A DNA stretch of 64,000 nt from a virus (taxonomy: Duplodnaviria > Caudoviricetes), in IMG/VR virus record IMGVR_UViG_3300033121_002356, positions 1 to 64,000 of that record; one strand, 5' to 3'. Shown here piece by piece: positions 17,575 through 27,250 of the stretch (the first letter of the stretch is position 1; every line of letters starts with the position of its first letter). A program made the translations under genes and the position numbers. The notes beneath the pieces are model-generated. The model worked only from the letters and a program-made list of their open reading frames with translations, was not told the origin of the DNA and made no database searches.

Positions 17575-18021
17575 TTAATTCCCTATTGGGATAATAGAGT
17601 AAGCTCCAAGCTTTAATCGGCAAAAAAACTGCTCCTTATCCCCCGGCTTAGAATTATAAGCAGAATACACTACTAGAACTTTATCTATAGCGTTTTCAAC
17701 ATCTATTTGAGAAATAAAATTTAAAACATCTGCTTCTGTTTTATCCAGAACACCATCAAAGGTATGGTCAACTGCATTGTAAACAAACACAGGTATTTCA
17801 TATGTATACTTGTCTTTTGTCGGAACAAACTCTTTCGGCTTGCCCTCGCTATCTAAAAATATAATCTTTTTATTTAGCTCGGGCAAACACCCACCATAAA
17901 CAGAGCCGTTTCCCATATAGATAGTATGTACCCCCATCCTTTCCAATCTAGAGAGAAATTTTCCAGATAATATGGTTCTTTTTCTTCTTCTTAAAGAAGG
18001 ATATCTGCGGGCTTTAGACAC
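17575..18021 (-). CDS. hypothetical protein (148 aa)
   Basis: Basic N-terminus; SD GAGG. Confidence 0.55.
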   Translation of the reverse strand: MSKARRYPSLRRRKRTILSGKFLSRLERMGVHTIYMGNGSVYGGCLPELNKKIIFLDSEGKPKEFVPTKDKYTYEIPVFVYNAVDHTFDGVLDKTEADVLNFISQIDVENAIDKVLVVYSAYNSKPGDKEQFFCRLKLGAYSIIPIGN

Positions 18022-18042
18022 TTTCTACCTCATCTTTGTATT

Positions 18043-18249
18043 TTATTTAGACTTCTTAGACTTCATTGGCATCTTGTCTTTTCGCATCATGCCCTTCATC
18101 TCTGAATTCATCATATTCATATCACCACATTCTGGCTGGTCACACTGCATATCTTGCATATGTTTCTTAGTACGCTTCATAACCATTGGGTCTTCTTCCA
18201 TCATGTCATCTTCTTCCATATCATCCATCATCATTTTCTTTTTAGCCAT
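18043..18249 (-). CDS. methionine-rich small protein (68 aa)
   Basis: 19 of 68 residues are Met; SD GAGGA. Confidence 0.65.
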   Translation of the reverse strand: MAKKKMMMDDMEEDDMMEEDPMVMKRTKKHMQDMQCDQPECGDMNMMNSEMKGMMRKDKMPMKSKKSK

Positions 18250-18266
18250 TGTTTTATCCTCTCTTT

Positions 18267-18494
18267 TTAATAATTAGTATATTCAAAAGAAATCAAAGAC
18301 ACCTCTTCAACTCGTAGAGAAACCGCGGGTTGCCCCTCCATTTCATCCTCGAAAAGATTAACATAAACAGATACCCCTGTTACTTTTTCTATAGCCTCTT
18401 GTATAATAGAAGCAAGTGCGTGATACCTTTGTTCTTCAAACACTACTTGGGGAATTTGTTTAAAAAATATAGCTTCATTCATTATTTTACCCAA
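18267..18494 (-). CDS. hypothetical protein (75 aa)
   Basis: ORF overlapping the polA stop. Confidence 0.5.
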   Translation of the reverse strand: MGKIMNEAIFFKQIPQVVFEEQRYHALASIIQEAIEKVTGVSVYVNLFEDEMEGQPAVSLRVEEVSLISFEYTNY

Positions 18495-20491
18495 TACTTT
18501 CCTATGTTATACTCTGGTTTAACTATAACAGAGGGGTATATCATCTTAAAGGCTTCTTGAACCTTGTCAACCATTATTTGCCCCATCTCCTCTGCCTGGT
18601 CTTCAACAGCTTCCCCAACGAACTCATCATGAACGACCAACTGAAGCCCTGCGTTAAGCTTTCTCTTAACTATTTCTTTATGAATCATAGCTAGTGCGAG
18701 CTTAGTAAGGTCGGCATTCCCTCCCTGCATGGGATGATTTTTACCACGACGTTCATTTGACATTCTAAGTAAATCTGCTTCCATCGGGTCCTTAGTGGGG
18801 TCAATATCAAACGGTAAAAACAGTCTTCGCCCCATCTGAGTTAACGCATAGCAACGCATAAGAGCAGCTTTTCCTTCCTTCTCTAACCAGCTATTAAGCA
18901 CAGGGAACGCCCCCTTAAAGTTATTAATAACTTCATTAGCATGGTCTTCCGTAATTTTAATGTTTCTAGCAAGACCAAAAGAAGACAACCCGTATGCCAA
19001 ACCAAGAACAACCGCTTTATAAATCTTTCTTTGTGCAGGAACAACCGCATCATAGGCTATGTGTAAGGACTCTGCGGCAGCTCTTTTATAGACATCCTCC
19101 CCGGAATTTATAGCCTCTATCAGTTTTTTGTCTTGCGACATATGTGCCATAATACAAATCTCAGCTTTAGGCATATCGCATTGAACAATGTTACGTCCAG
19201 GGGCAGAAATAAAACAATCCCTAAAATCATAAACGTAGATATAAGGGGCATCATTACTATCTATATAGTATTTATATATACCTTTTTCATATATAAGTGT
19301 ATATCTATCAGAAGCTTTGGCCTCCGTATCGTCCACGGGTACTGTAGGCTTAGTATAATCTAAATTAAGTACTTCACTTGGTAACTCAGATTTACGAATC
19401 TCAACTAGCTTATCTTGTAATTCCTTTGGGGCAGGAATATTTTGGGCGTTTGGCTGACTTGACGACATTCTCCCCGTTTTTGCACGAGCTTGATTAAACT
19501 TTGGATGCAGCCTTCCTGTTATGGGATTTATTTTCTTTAAAAGCTCGTCCCCATAAGCGGCCCTAACTTTTTCATATGTTCTATATTCCAACAACCAATC
19601 TACAGCTACGTGCTCTCCTAAATGGTCTTCTAATTCAACAGACGAAGTAGACTCTAAATCAAGACCAAACCTTCTCATCATCTTCAATAATTGTGGCTGT
19701 GAGTTTAAGTTAATACTTGACATACCAAACAAAGTTGGCTGCATATCTACTTCTTCAAAAACTTCCTTTAATTTTTTACCTACTCTATTTTCAAATACGT
19801 GGGCATATTGCAAAATGAACATCCACTTCTCTTTGTCAATAACACACCCTCGAAGTTGCATCTCAGATATGGGTATAATGCAATTCATTTCTAAGTCAAG
19901 TATTCTATGTAACCCATACTCATCCGCGTCCATCAATTGTTGATTCCGTATTTCTGGCAAAATAAAGGCGTCACGAGCACCATAAAGCTTCTGTATTTCG
20001 GAAAAAGGGGCATCCCCGATGGTTAGGAATGAAGTAGACGGGTCTTTATCCAATACAATTCCTAGTCGCTTATTGGCGACTGCATTTAATTTGTAGCTCT
20101 CCCCAAATCTCTTACCGGCAGATACTACCTGCTCGCCTACCATCGTACAGTAAACATTACTTAATGCAATTTTGCTGCCTCTCAGCATTGAATAATCAAA
20201 AGAGGCATTATGCATAACAAAGGAAGAAGTTTCTAAAAAGGGCTTTATAACATGTATATCGGCTGTGCGGGCATCAATAACAAAGGTTTTATCTCCATCA
20301 GATAGTTGTAACATCACTATGTGATTTAGATATGGGTCAAGCCCCGTGGTCTCCGTGTCAAGCCCGATAACCCCTTCCAAGCTTTCTATTTCATCTTTAT
20401 GATGAAGAAGTTTTTTAGTTGAATCTATAAAAGTATATTCAACCTGTAACTCTGTAGACTCATCCCCATCTTTGAATAGCCCATGTTCCAT
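18482..20491 (-). CDS. polA: family A DNA polymerase (3'-5' exonuclease + polymerase, no 5'-3' exonuclease)
   Basis: ExoI DTETTG, ExoII HNASFD, ExoIII YGARD; TGRMSSSQPNAQNIP; motif A D....E; motif B K...LG.AYG; QG..AD; motif C VHDE. Confidence 0.93.
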   Translation of the reverse strand: MEHGLFKDGDESTELQVEYTFIDSTKKLLHHKDEIESLEGVIGLDTETTGLDPYLNHIVMLQLSDGDKTFVIDARTADIHVIKPFLETSSFVMHNASFDYSMLRGSKIALSNVYCTMVGEQVVSAGKRFGESYKLNAVANKRLGIVLDKDPSTSFLTIGDAPFSEIQKLYGARDAFILPEIRNQQLMDADEYGLHRILDLEMNCIIPISEMQLRGCVIDKEKWMFILQYAHVFENRVGKKLKEVFEEVDMQPTLFGMSSINLNSQPQLLKMMRRFGLDLESTSSVELEDHLGEHVAVDWLLEYRTYEKVRAAYGDELLKKINPITGRLHPKFNQARAKTGRMSSSQPNAQNIPAPKELQDKLVEIRKSELPSEVLNLDYTKPTVPVDDTEAKASDRYTLIYEKGIYKYYIDSNDAPYIYVYDFRDCFISAPGRNIVQCDMPKAEICIMAHMSQDKKLIEAINSGEDVYKRAAAESLHIAYDAVVPAQRKIYKAVVLGLAYGLSSFGLARNIKITEDHANEVINNFKGAFPVLNSWLEKEGKAALMRCYALTQMGRRLFLPFDIDPTKDPMEADLLRMSNERRGKNHPMQGGNADLTKLALAMIHKEIVKRKLNAGLQLVVHDEFVGEAVEDQAEEMGQIMVDKVQEAFKMIYPSVIVKPEYNIGKYWVK

Positions 20492-20514
20492 ATATTTCTC
20501 TCTTGACTAGTAAG

Positions 20515-21516
20515 TTATTTAGCAAACTTATAAACACGGCTGATAAAATCAGCTTCAATTGAAGAGAACTCAAGAGGAGGAATAAACGCCTCCATAACTT
20601 TAAGTATTCTCGTTTCAGAGGACGTATCCTTAGCCCCTAATAAGCATTTCTTTGCATAGGATAAAATTAGTCTTCTATACCCTTCCAGATTTGCTCCTGT
20701 CTCTAATGAACGACAAAGCCCCTTTAACTCTGTATTCTTGTATATAAGCCCTCTAGCGAACTCTATACCCTTCGCGTCACCCCCCTCCTCACTAACTACA
20801 CTAAGCACGGCAAAGACCGTCTCAATTGAATTGGGCTCGTCCTGCGCGAGAAGAGAATCTAGTTGGTTAAGCAAGTCTCGTGGACTTGGGCTGCATTCAG
20901 CAGTAAATGCTTTTACTATTTCATCATTTAAAGGCTTACCCTCTAAGGATGCCACCCTCTGTACAAGCTTTTTCTTATCTACAGATGATAACAAAGACAT
21001 CTCATGCTTGTCACATCTATTTCTTACCGTTTTTAGTAGTTTATCTGGTTCGGTAGTACATATGATTAAGCAGTTATTTACTGGGGGCTCTTCAAGTGGT
21101 TTTAATAAGCAATTTTGGGCATCATTCGTTAACGATTGCGCCTCATCTAATATAATTACCCTAGTTTTTAAATAAGACGGCTCATACATAATCTTACTAA
21201 TTATGGCACGAATACTGTCTATTCCTCTAACATCAGCGGCGTTAATCTCCATAAAATCTGAATTATTACCGTCAAGAATAGACTTACAATTCACACAAAC
21301 AGTACAAGGAGATTTGGTTTCATCTGGGTTTAAGCAATTTAGCATTAACCCAATTATTCTAGCAATTGTAGTTTTTCCGCAACCAGACGGGCCATACAAC
21401 AACAAGGAAGAAGGTAATTTATTCTCAAGCAACCTACTTCTAATGGCCTTTGTAACGGCCTCGTTTCCTACAATATCATCAAATTTCTTTGGTCTGTACT
21501 TATTATAAAGGGACAT
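20515..21516 (-). CDS. dnaX: clamp loader, DNA polymerase III gamma/tau-like (short)
   Basis: LYNKYRP.F, GPSGCGKTT, Zn site C..PC..C..C, EINAA, DEAQ, LEEPP, NRC. Confidence 0.9.
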   Translation of the reverse strand: MSLYNKYRPKKFDDIVGNEAVTKAIRSRLLENKLPSSLLLYGPSGCGKTTIARIIGLMLNCLNPDETKSPCTVCVNCKSILDGNNSDFMEINAADVRGIDSIRAIISKIMYEPSYLKTRVIILDEAQSLTNDAQNCLLKPLEEPPVNNCLIICTTEPDKLLKTVRNRCDKHEMSLLSSVDKKKLVQRVASLEGKPLNDEIVKAFTAECSPSPRDLLNQLDSLLAQDEPNSIETVFAVLSVVSEEGGDAKGIEFARGLIYKNTELKGLCRSLETGANLEGYRRLILSYAKKCLLGAKDTSSETRILKVMEAFIPPLEFSSIEADFISRVYKFAK

Positions 21517-22400
21517 TAAACCTCCACTTCTGTTTCCATATATCCTTTTTTAACCAGAATATCTTTTCTATTATTTACCAACTCAGTTGCTACTTTTTTA
21601 TTGAACAAGATTCTCTTTAGCTTTAGTGCCTCTCTAGTATGGGTATCATTAACCTTTGTATGATGAGCTAAGACTGTATCATTAAAAATAAATGAGCCGT
21701 ATCCTATAGTTGATTTTAAAACTGATGAAAGTTTTTCAACCGTAAGAACAGACCCAGACAATGTGTACATATTTTCAAAAACTTCGTTACTACTTTTAAG
21801 TAGTGTTATTACTGCATTCACTAAATCCTTTATATGCAATAAGTCAACACTAGATTCTTTATGAATTGTTACAACTTCTTCTCCAAGTAATATAGACTCT
21901 ATAATACGATTAATCATATCATTAGTACCTTCTCGTACACCGTACACAAGAGGAACGCGAACAATAGAGAGACGAGCCCCGAGTCGCTTACATGTGTCTT
22001 TTAACATGCCCTCCGAAATCCTATAAGAGTCCCCAACAAAAGACGGGTCCGCGGCTTTAGTAGAAGAAATATAAACAAAGCGGCCTTTAAAAGAGTTAGA
22101 AATCATCATATCGCATATAGAAGCAGTAACTAATGGTATTCGTAGTATCTGGTCAAAATTAGTATTATAGCCTTTCGTTCCAATAGTATCTATGATTATA
22201 TCGGGAGGAATCGTATAAAACATAGAAGATGCAAACTCTTTATTTAATAAATCAACACATATAATTTTAGTAGCTGGGTGAACTGTTTCAGTTTTTCTAT
22301 CTACAGTTTCAATAACTACCTTCTTATCTGTGTTATTCAATATAGGGTCTACAAGATTCGACCCTATAAAGCCTCTTCCACCAACAATACTAATTTTCAT
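21516..22400 (-). CDS. NAD-dependent epimerase/dehydratase-like SDR with degenerate active site
   Basis: GGRGFIG, YISS, VRVPLVYG, DLLHIKD; the YxxxK position reads VGDSY. Confidence 0.7.
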   Translation of the reverse strand: MKISIVGGRGFIGSNLVDPILNNTDKKVVIETVDRKTETVHPATKIICVDLLNKEFASSMFYTIPPDIIIDTIGTKGYNTNFDQILRIPLVTASICDMMISNSFKGRFVYISSTKAADPSFVGDSYRISEGMLKDTCKRLGARLSIVRVPLVYGVREGTNDMINRIIESILLGEEVVTIHKESSVDLLHIKDLVNAVITLLKSSNEVFENMYTLSGSVLTVEKLSSVLKSTIGYGSFIFNDTVLAHHTKVNDTHTREALKLKRILFNKKVATELVNNRKDILVKKGYMETEVEV

Positions 22401-23548
22401 TTTCCCTCAAAAAACTCCACAATAGATTTAACTACATATTCAATTTCCTGTGGAGATATATAAGCAAACATTGGTAGAGACAGCGAAGTTAAAGCCAGCT
22501 CTTCTGTGACGGGCAAAGACAATTCATTAAACTCTCTGTACGCTCCTTGCTTATGAATAGGAATTGGATAATGAATAGCGACCCCTATCCCCTTACTAGA
22601 AAGGTGTTCTTTTAATTTATTCCTAATTTCTTCTGTTTTTACCTTTATTGGAAATAAATGATAAACATTTCTAGAAGAAGCCTCTGGTAAAGAAACATGT
22701 TCATTAAGACCGTATTCTTTAAATAGCTTTATATAAAGCTCACCGGAAATACGTCTAACAAGATTTAAATCATCAACTAAAGGCAGCATACGACTCAAAT
22801 ACAAAGCTTGTATTGTAGACATATTATAATTACTGCCTTTAATAACAGAATGATATTTTGTATCTTCACCATACGCTCTAGTTTTGCGTATATAATCAGA
22901 GAATTGGTTCTTAGAAACTACTAATCCCCCATTACCAATGGTTCCTAAATTTTTTGCTGGGTAAAAGCTATATGCCCCTATATGTCCTATTGTTCCTACG
23001 TGAGCATCCTTATAATCGGCTTTAGCCCCAAACGCTTGAGCGCAGTCTTCTATTAAATAGATTCCTTTCGAGTTACAATATTCATAAATATCTTTCAACT
23101 TATCAATAGGACGCCCAAACAAATGAACAACAGCAACAGCAGCTATTTTACCGTTGTTTTCAATTGCTTCCTTCACAATATCTAATGTAACGTTCCATGT
23201 CTTACTATCTACATCCATAAATATAGGAATACCGCCTACATTGCTTACTGCAAAAGCGGTAGCAATAAAGCTGTTAGCCGGTACTAACACTTTATCATAT
23301 GGCTTTAACTCTATAGCTCTAAAGGCAACTTCCAAAGCAGACGTACCAGAAGAAACACAAAATGATTTACTAACATTTAGATATGCCGCAGCCTCCTCTT
23401 CAAACTTCTTAATTCTAGGAGAATACACAAAATCACCCTTATCCAAAAGGCTCTTTACATCCTCAAGAAACACATCAACAACAGGAGAATACGCTCGTTT
23501 TAAATCTACGAAAGGTACTTGCATATAAAGTCCTCTGGTTAAAATCAA
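22397..23548 (-). CDS. DegT/DnrJ/EryC1/StrS sugar aminotransferase (start probably 23524)
   Basis: VPFVDL, SSGTSAL, SFIAT, EDCAQAFG, PLP Lys in SFYPAKNLG, IHYP, LSLPM. Confidence 0.93.
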   Translation of the reverse strand: MILTRGLYMQVPFVDLKRAYSPVVDVFLEDVKSLLDKGDFVYSPRIKKFEEEAAAYLNVSKSFCVSSGTSALEVAFRAIELKPYDKVLVPANSFIATAFAVSNVGGIPIFMDVDSKTWNVTLDIVKEAIENNGKIAAVAVVHLFGRPIDKLKDIYEYCNSKGIYLIEDCAQAFGAKADYKDAHVGTIGHIGAYSFYPAKNLGTIGNGGLVVSKNQFSDYIRKTRAYGEDTKYHSVIKGSNYNMSTIQALYLSRMLPLVDDLNLVRRISGELYIKLFKEYGLNEHVSLPEASSRNVYHLFPIKVKTEEIRNKLKEHLSSKGIGVAIHYPIPIHKQGAYREFNELSLPVTEELALTSLSLPMFAYISPQEIEYVVKSIVEFFEGK

Positions 23549-23796
23549 TGACGAAGATGTGCTGCATTGCCTTTTTCATTAAGAGTAATATCTATTTTTA
23601 TATCTCTATCATTTAAGCTATTCGTTCTAACCACATGGTAAACTTCTTTAACCATTTGTGAAAGCCACGTATCTACATCCTCATTTGTAATTCCTTCTTT
23701 TTCTATAGAAAAAACTGATACTTGTATTTTTGAGCTACTAGGAGCATCGCCCTCTTCACCGTCCATATTAATAAATTTTGACATTATTTCTCCCAC
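23545..23796 (-). CDS. hypothetical protein (83 aa)
   Basis: ORF coupled to both neighbours inside the sugar island. Confidence 0.5.
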   Translation of the reverse strand: MGEIMSKFINMDGEEGDAPSSSKIQVSVFSIEKEGITNEDVDTWLSQMVKEVYHVVRTNSLNDRDIKIDITLNEKGNAAHLRH

Positions 23797-24752
23797 CTTA
23801 CTCGGTTATTGATATACCAGGACGCTGTATCAGATACAATAGTATGTAAACGACGCCGGGGTAATACACCAAGTTCTTCACTTATTTTCCTAGGGGACGC
23901 TCTCATTGAGAGCACATAATCCGGGCGACGAAGCACACCAGTATATTTAGAAGTCTCAAAAATAGGTATATCTTCTCTTAAGAAGTCTGACATAAATTTT
24001 TGTGCCATAACAGCAGCTAAATTAGCGGAACACCAAGAGCTACCGGTTCCAAGGTTAAAAGCAGTATTGGTATATCTATCAATATTTTTTAATACTTCAA
24101 CTAACATTTCTGAGACGTCATCGATATGAATGTAATCACGCTCTACCAAGCCTTCGTTAAAAACTGAAAACACCTTTCTATCTACAGAATGCTTTAAAAA
24201 TACAGAAAATGAATTTCCATATTTCTGTCTCTTACCACAAACAACGGTCGGGCGTGTATTTATAACTCTAACCCCATGATGTGTTAAAGAATTAAAAATC
24301 ATTTCCCCAGATAGCTTAGACACAGCGTATACACAATTAGGAGAAGAAATTGAAACAGAGTCTTCTGACGTAGGAAGCATCCCATAGGAGCCTTTACCAT
24401 AAACGTATGCATCAGATACGTTTATTAAACGAGTAACTCCAGACATAAGTAAGGCTTCAGAAATAGAGCAAGCCGCTTTAATGTTCAAATTTACATTAAT
24501 CGAATCGTTTAACTGAATAGAAGTAGTGCCCACACAATTTATAACAGCATCACTACCGCGTATAAATCCAGATAATTTTCTAGAGTTTAAAACATCTAGA
24601 TTTTTAAATAAAGCTCTGGGATTTACATCTTCCTCCGTGCCAGATGATAGATTATCAACCACTACGACGCTTGCATTTTCAGAATTTATAAGCCTATCTA
24701 CAAGATTTGAGCCTATAAACCCAGCCCCGCCTAATACTGTTACTCTCATCAT
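23784..24752 (-). CDS. NDP-sugar epimerase/dehydratase (extended SDR)
   Basis: GGAGFIG, VDNLSSG, YAVSK, RDYIHIDD, FNLGTG. Confidence 0.88.
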   Translation of the reverse strand: MMRVTVLGGAGFIGSNLVDRLINSENASVVVVDNLSSGTEEDVNPRALFKNLDVLNSRKLSGFIRGSDAVINCVGTTSIQLNDSINVNLNIKAACSISEALLMSGVTRLINVSDAYVYGKGSYGMLPTSEDSVSISSPNCVYAVSKLSGEMIFNSLTHHGVRVINTRPTVVCGKRQKYGNSFSVFLKHSVDRKVFSVFNEGLVERDYIHIDDVSEMLVEVLKNIDRYTNTAFNLGTGSSWCSANLAAVMAQKFMSDFLREDIPIFETSKYTGVLRRPDYVLSMRASPRKISEELGVLPRRRLHTIVSDTASWYINNRVRWEK

Positions 24753-24761
24753 GGCTCCTGG

Positions 24762-25772
24762 TTATTCAAGCTCCTTAGTAAGCTCCAACGGAGCAATACT
24801 TCGTAGCTTTTCTATTAATAGAACTACCTTTTTTCCGTTCTCTCCATCATTGATAAGGTCTTCATCAAAAGAAACTGCATCCAAAAAGGCAGAAACTTCT
24901 CTCTTTAAAGGCTCTTCTATTTTTACATAAGGGATATGGCAATCTCCTTGTCGGTACGAACAAATAAAGTCACCGAAACTAGTAGGCGAGGGGCGTTCTA
25001 TAGCTTTATCATAGAGTATAATACTATTATTTGGGTCAGTATCACTATACAAAAGTGACTTTTTATCTCCTATAATATAGGTATCTCTAATCTTACAAGG
25101 ATATACCCAACTATAAGAAAGATTAACGGTAACCCCCTTTGTTGAAACAATATTTATAGAAGAGGTGTCTTCCTGCATTCCTTTAAAATGCCCAAATAAA
25201 GATACTGATGCATTCTGGATTTCAAACCCATCAAACCAATACAATAGCATTGACAAATCATGGGGGGATAAATCATAAATAACATCACAATTGGCTTGAA
25301 ACTTTCCTAAATTCTTTCTGCTCATATCAACGTGCAGAATATCCCCTAACTCTCCTGAATCTATAATCTCTTTAACTTTTCTTACAGGAGCGGAATACAA
25401 AAAGGTGTGGCCAACCGCCAGTTTTACTTTTTTAGATTTAGCCAGTTTAATTAATTTTTCTGCTTCCTTAGAAGAGGCTGTCATAGGTTTTTCTATAAAA
25501 ACATGCTTACCGTTTGTTATACTTTCATAGGCAATCTTAAAATGTGTCTCAGGAGGGGTAGCAATAAAAATAGCCTCTACTTCTTTATCTAGAAGTACGT
25601 CTAAATAATCATCTGTTAAAATAGTTTCACTAAATTTTTTATTCTCTTTGTACTTTTTATTTATATTGTGTATATCCGCGTCACAAATATATTTTAAATA
25701 TGATAATTCAGACAAAAGACGTATTATATTAGTACCCCAATATCCAGCTCCTACAATAGCCGTATTTAGCAT
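24762..25772 (-). CDS. Gfo/Idh/MocA oxidoreductase (sugar 3-dehydrogenase-like)
   Basis: IVGAGYWG, IATPPETH, HVFIEKPM, VGHTFLY, DLSPHD. Confidence 0.92.
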   Translation of the reverse strand: MLNTAIVGAGYWGTNIIRLLSELSYLKYICDADIHNINKKYKENKKFSETILTDDYLDVLLDKEVEAIFIATPPETHFKIAYESITNGKHVFIEKPMTASSKEAEKLIKLAKSKKVKLAVGHTFLYSAPVRKVKEIIDSGELGDILHVDMSRKNLGKFQANCDVIYDLSPHDLSMLLYWFDGFEIQNASVSLFGHFKGMQEDTSSINIVSTKGVTVNLSYSWVYPCKIRDTYIIGDKKSLLYSDTDPNNSIILYDKAIERPSPTSFGDFICSYRQGDCHIPYVKIEEPLKREVSAFLDAVSFDEDLINDGENGKKVVLLIEKLRSIAPLELTKELE

Positions 25773-25784
25773 TTAATATGCCTC

Positions 25785-26708
25785 CTAGAGATAAACCTCC
25801 TCTTCACTATGAAATCCCAATTTACTTATAAAATGATTCTTATAGCACTCAGCTTTACTTTCATCGTATCGTAAAATGTCGGAATAATAAGACACAGCAC
25901 GGGGTCTACGAAATTCTACAATAGTTTTTCTTATATCTTCATCAATCCATGATGGAGCTATTTGGGCTAACTGTACATTAAACTCATCTATCATGTTAAA
26001 TACATTAGTTATAAAGAAAGTCTCGGGACAAGGTATTTTTATAGGCTCTAATGACATGTATCTATGAAACTTTTCTTGCACAGATTTCTTACTATTAAAC
26101 CCCCAATGAACAGAAACAGCGTCCCCGAACCCTTTCATTTGAGAAATACAAGTTGTATTTTCTATTTGAGAAGTGAGCTTTAACTTATGCAGTCCTTTGT
26201 GCCACTTATCTAATATTTCTAACCCTTTTTCCTTTACATAAATACGTTCAGTTTTATGCCAGCGCCAATTAGCATCCATCCTCCACCAAAAAGAGCTTCT
26301 CCATAGATTTATCTCCCGCATAGTAAACATATCCCATTCACGCGAATAATCTCGACAGAATTTATGAAGTAATGCTTCCCCGTCCTTAAAACAAGCGGGG
26401 GAAAAGGTACCGTCAATATTTAAATTCATTATGTGGGTTAGGTCCGGAAATAGGTCTAATGCGCGCTCTAAAAGAAGCTGTGTATTAAACTGCTCATGCA
26501 TAAAAGCATTTTTTGTATTACGAATTACATTTGGGGTATACTCTAGCAAACGTTCATATGAACCATCTGTCGAACCATCATCCAGAAATACGATATCATC
26601 AACAACATTTTTTATGTTATTTAAAAATCTATCTAAATTTCCCTTTGATAATTCATTATAGCAAGCAACAGCCCCTATTAATTTTACCGGTTTACGTAAT
26701 AGTATCAT
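25785..26708 (-). CDS. GT-A (GT2-like) glycosyltransferase, paralog 1
   Basis: CYNE, LDDGSTDGS, NIDGTF, LWRS, HWGF. Confidence 0.72.
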   Translation of the reverse strand: MILLRKPVKLIGAVACYNELSKGNLDRFLNNIKNVVDDIVFLDDGSTDGSYERLLEYTPNVIRNTKNAFMHEQFNTQLLLERALDLFPDLTHIMNLNIDGTFSPACFKDGEALLHKFCRDYSREWDMFTMREINLWRSSFWWRMDANWRWHKTERIYVKEKGLEILDKWHKGLHKLKLTSQIENTTCISQMKGFGDAVSVHWGFNSKKSVQEKFHRYMSLEPIKIPCPETFFITNVFNMIDEFNVQLAQIAPSWIDEDIRKTIVEFRRPRAVSYYSDILRYDESKAECYKNHFISKLGFHSEEEVYL

Positions 26709-27240
26709 CGTTACCCCATTTATTTATAATTTGCAATGCCTTAAATTTATCATCTAATGTAATGCCCTTTTTAGCCAAAATCATATCTAAAACAGTTCTA
26801 ACAAAATTATATCCAGGGTCTGCTGTAAACAAACTAGTTGTTGCTCGCCTTCTTACCTCATTAGTAGTTGTTTTACTAGGAACAATACTATAAAAAGCGT
26901 CTAGACAGTCTAAATCATTAATATCGTTGCCTAAATAGCATACTTCATCGTCGTTTATATTTAATTTGTTTGTCTCTATATATTCTCTTAAAGCAACATA
27001 TTTACTTTTAAAAGTATGTATAAAATCTATTTTGTGTGTATTTGCAAACCCAGTGTTTATTCTATTATCACCTGTAATTATAACAAATCTTATTCCAAAA
27101 TATCTAGCAAGCTTTATGCCCAACGTATCTAGGTCACTAAATGTCTTAGACAAGATATTACCACCCATATCGTAAGTCTTTTGGCTAGACGTTAAAACAC
27201 CATCAACATCAGACGCAACCAATTTTATTTTCTCTAACAA
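26692..27240 (-). CDS. KdsC-like HAD phosphatase
   Basis: SDVDGVLT, ITG, K, GNDIND; TTG start with SD GGAG. Confidence 0.82.
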   Translation of the reverse strand: MLEKIKLVASDVDGVLTSSQKTYDMGGNILSKTFSDLDTLGIKLARYFGIRFVIITGDNRINTGFANTHKIDFIHTFKSKYVALREYIETNKLNINDDEVCYLGNDINDLDCLDAFYSIVPSKTTTNEVRRRATTSLFTADPGYNFVRTVLDMILAKKGITLDDKFKALQIINKWGNDDTIT

Positions 27241-27250
27241 GATGCTCTCC

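Noticed and set aside
19226-19432. Mini-intein in PolA
   Set aside because: Too short and lacks intein terminal residues and blocks.
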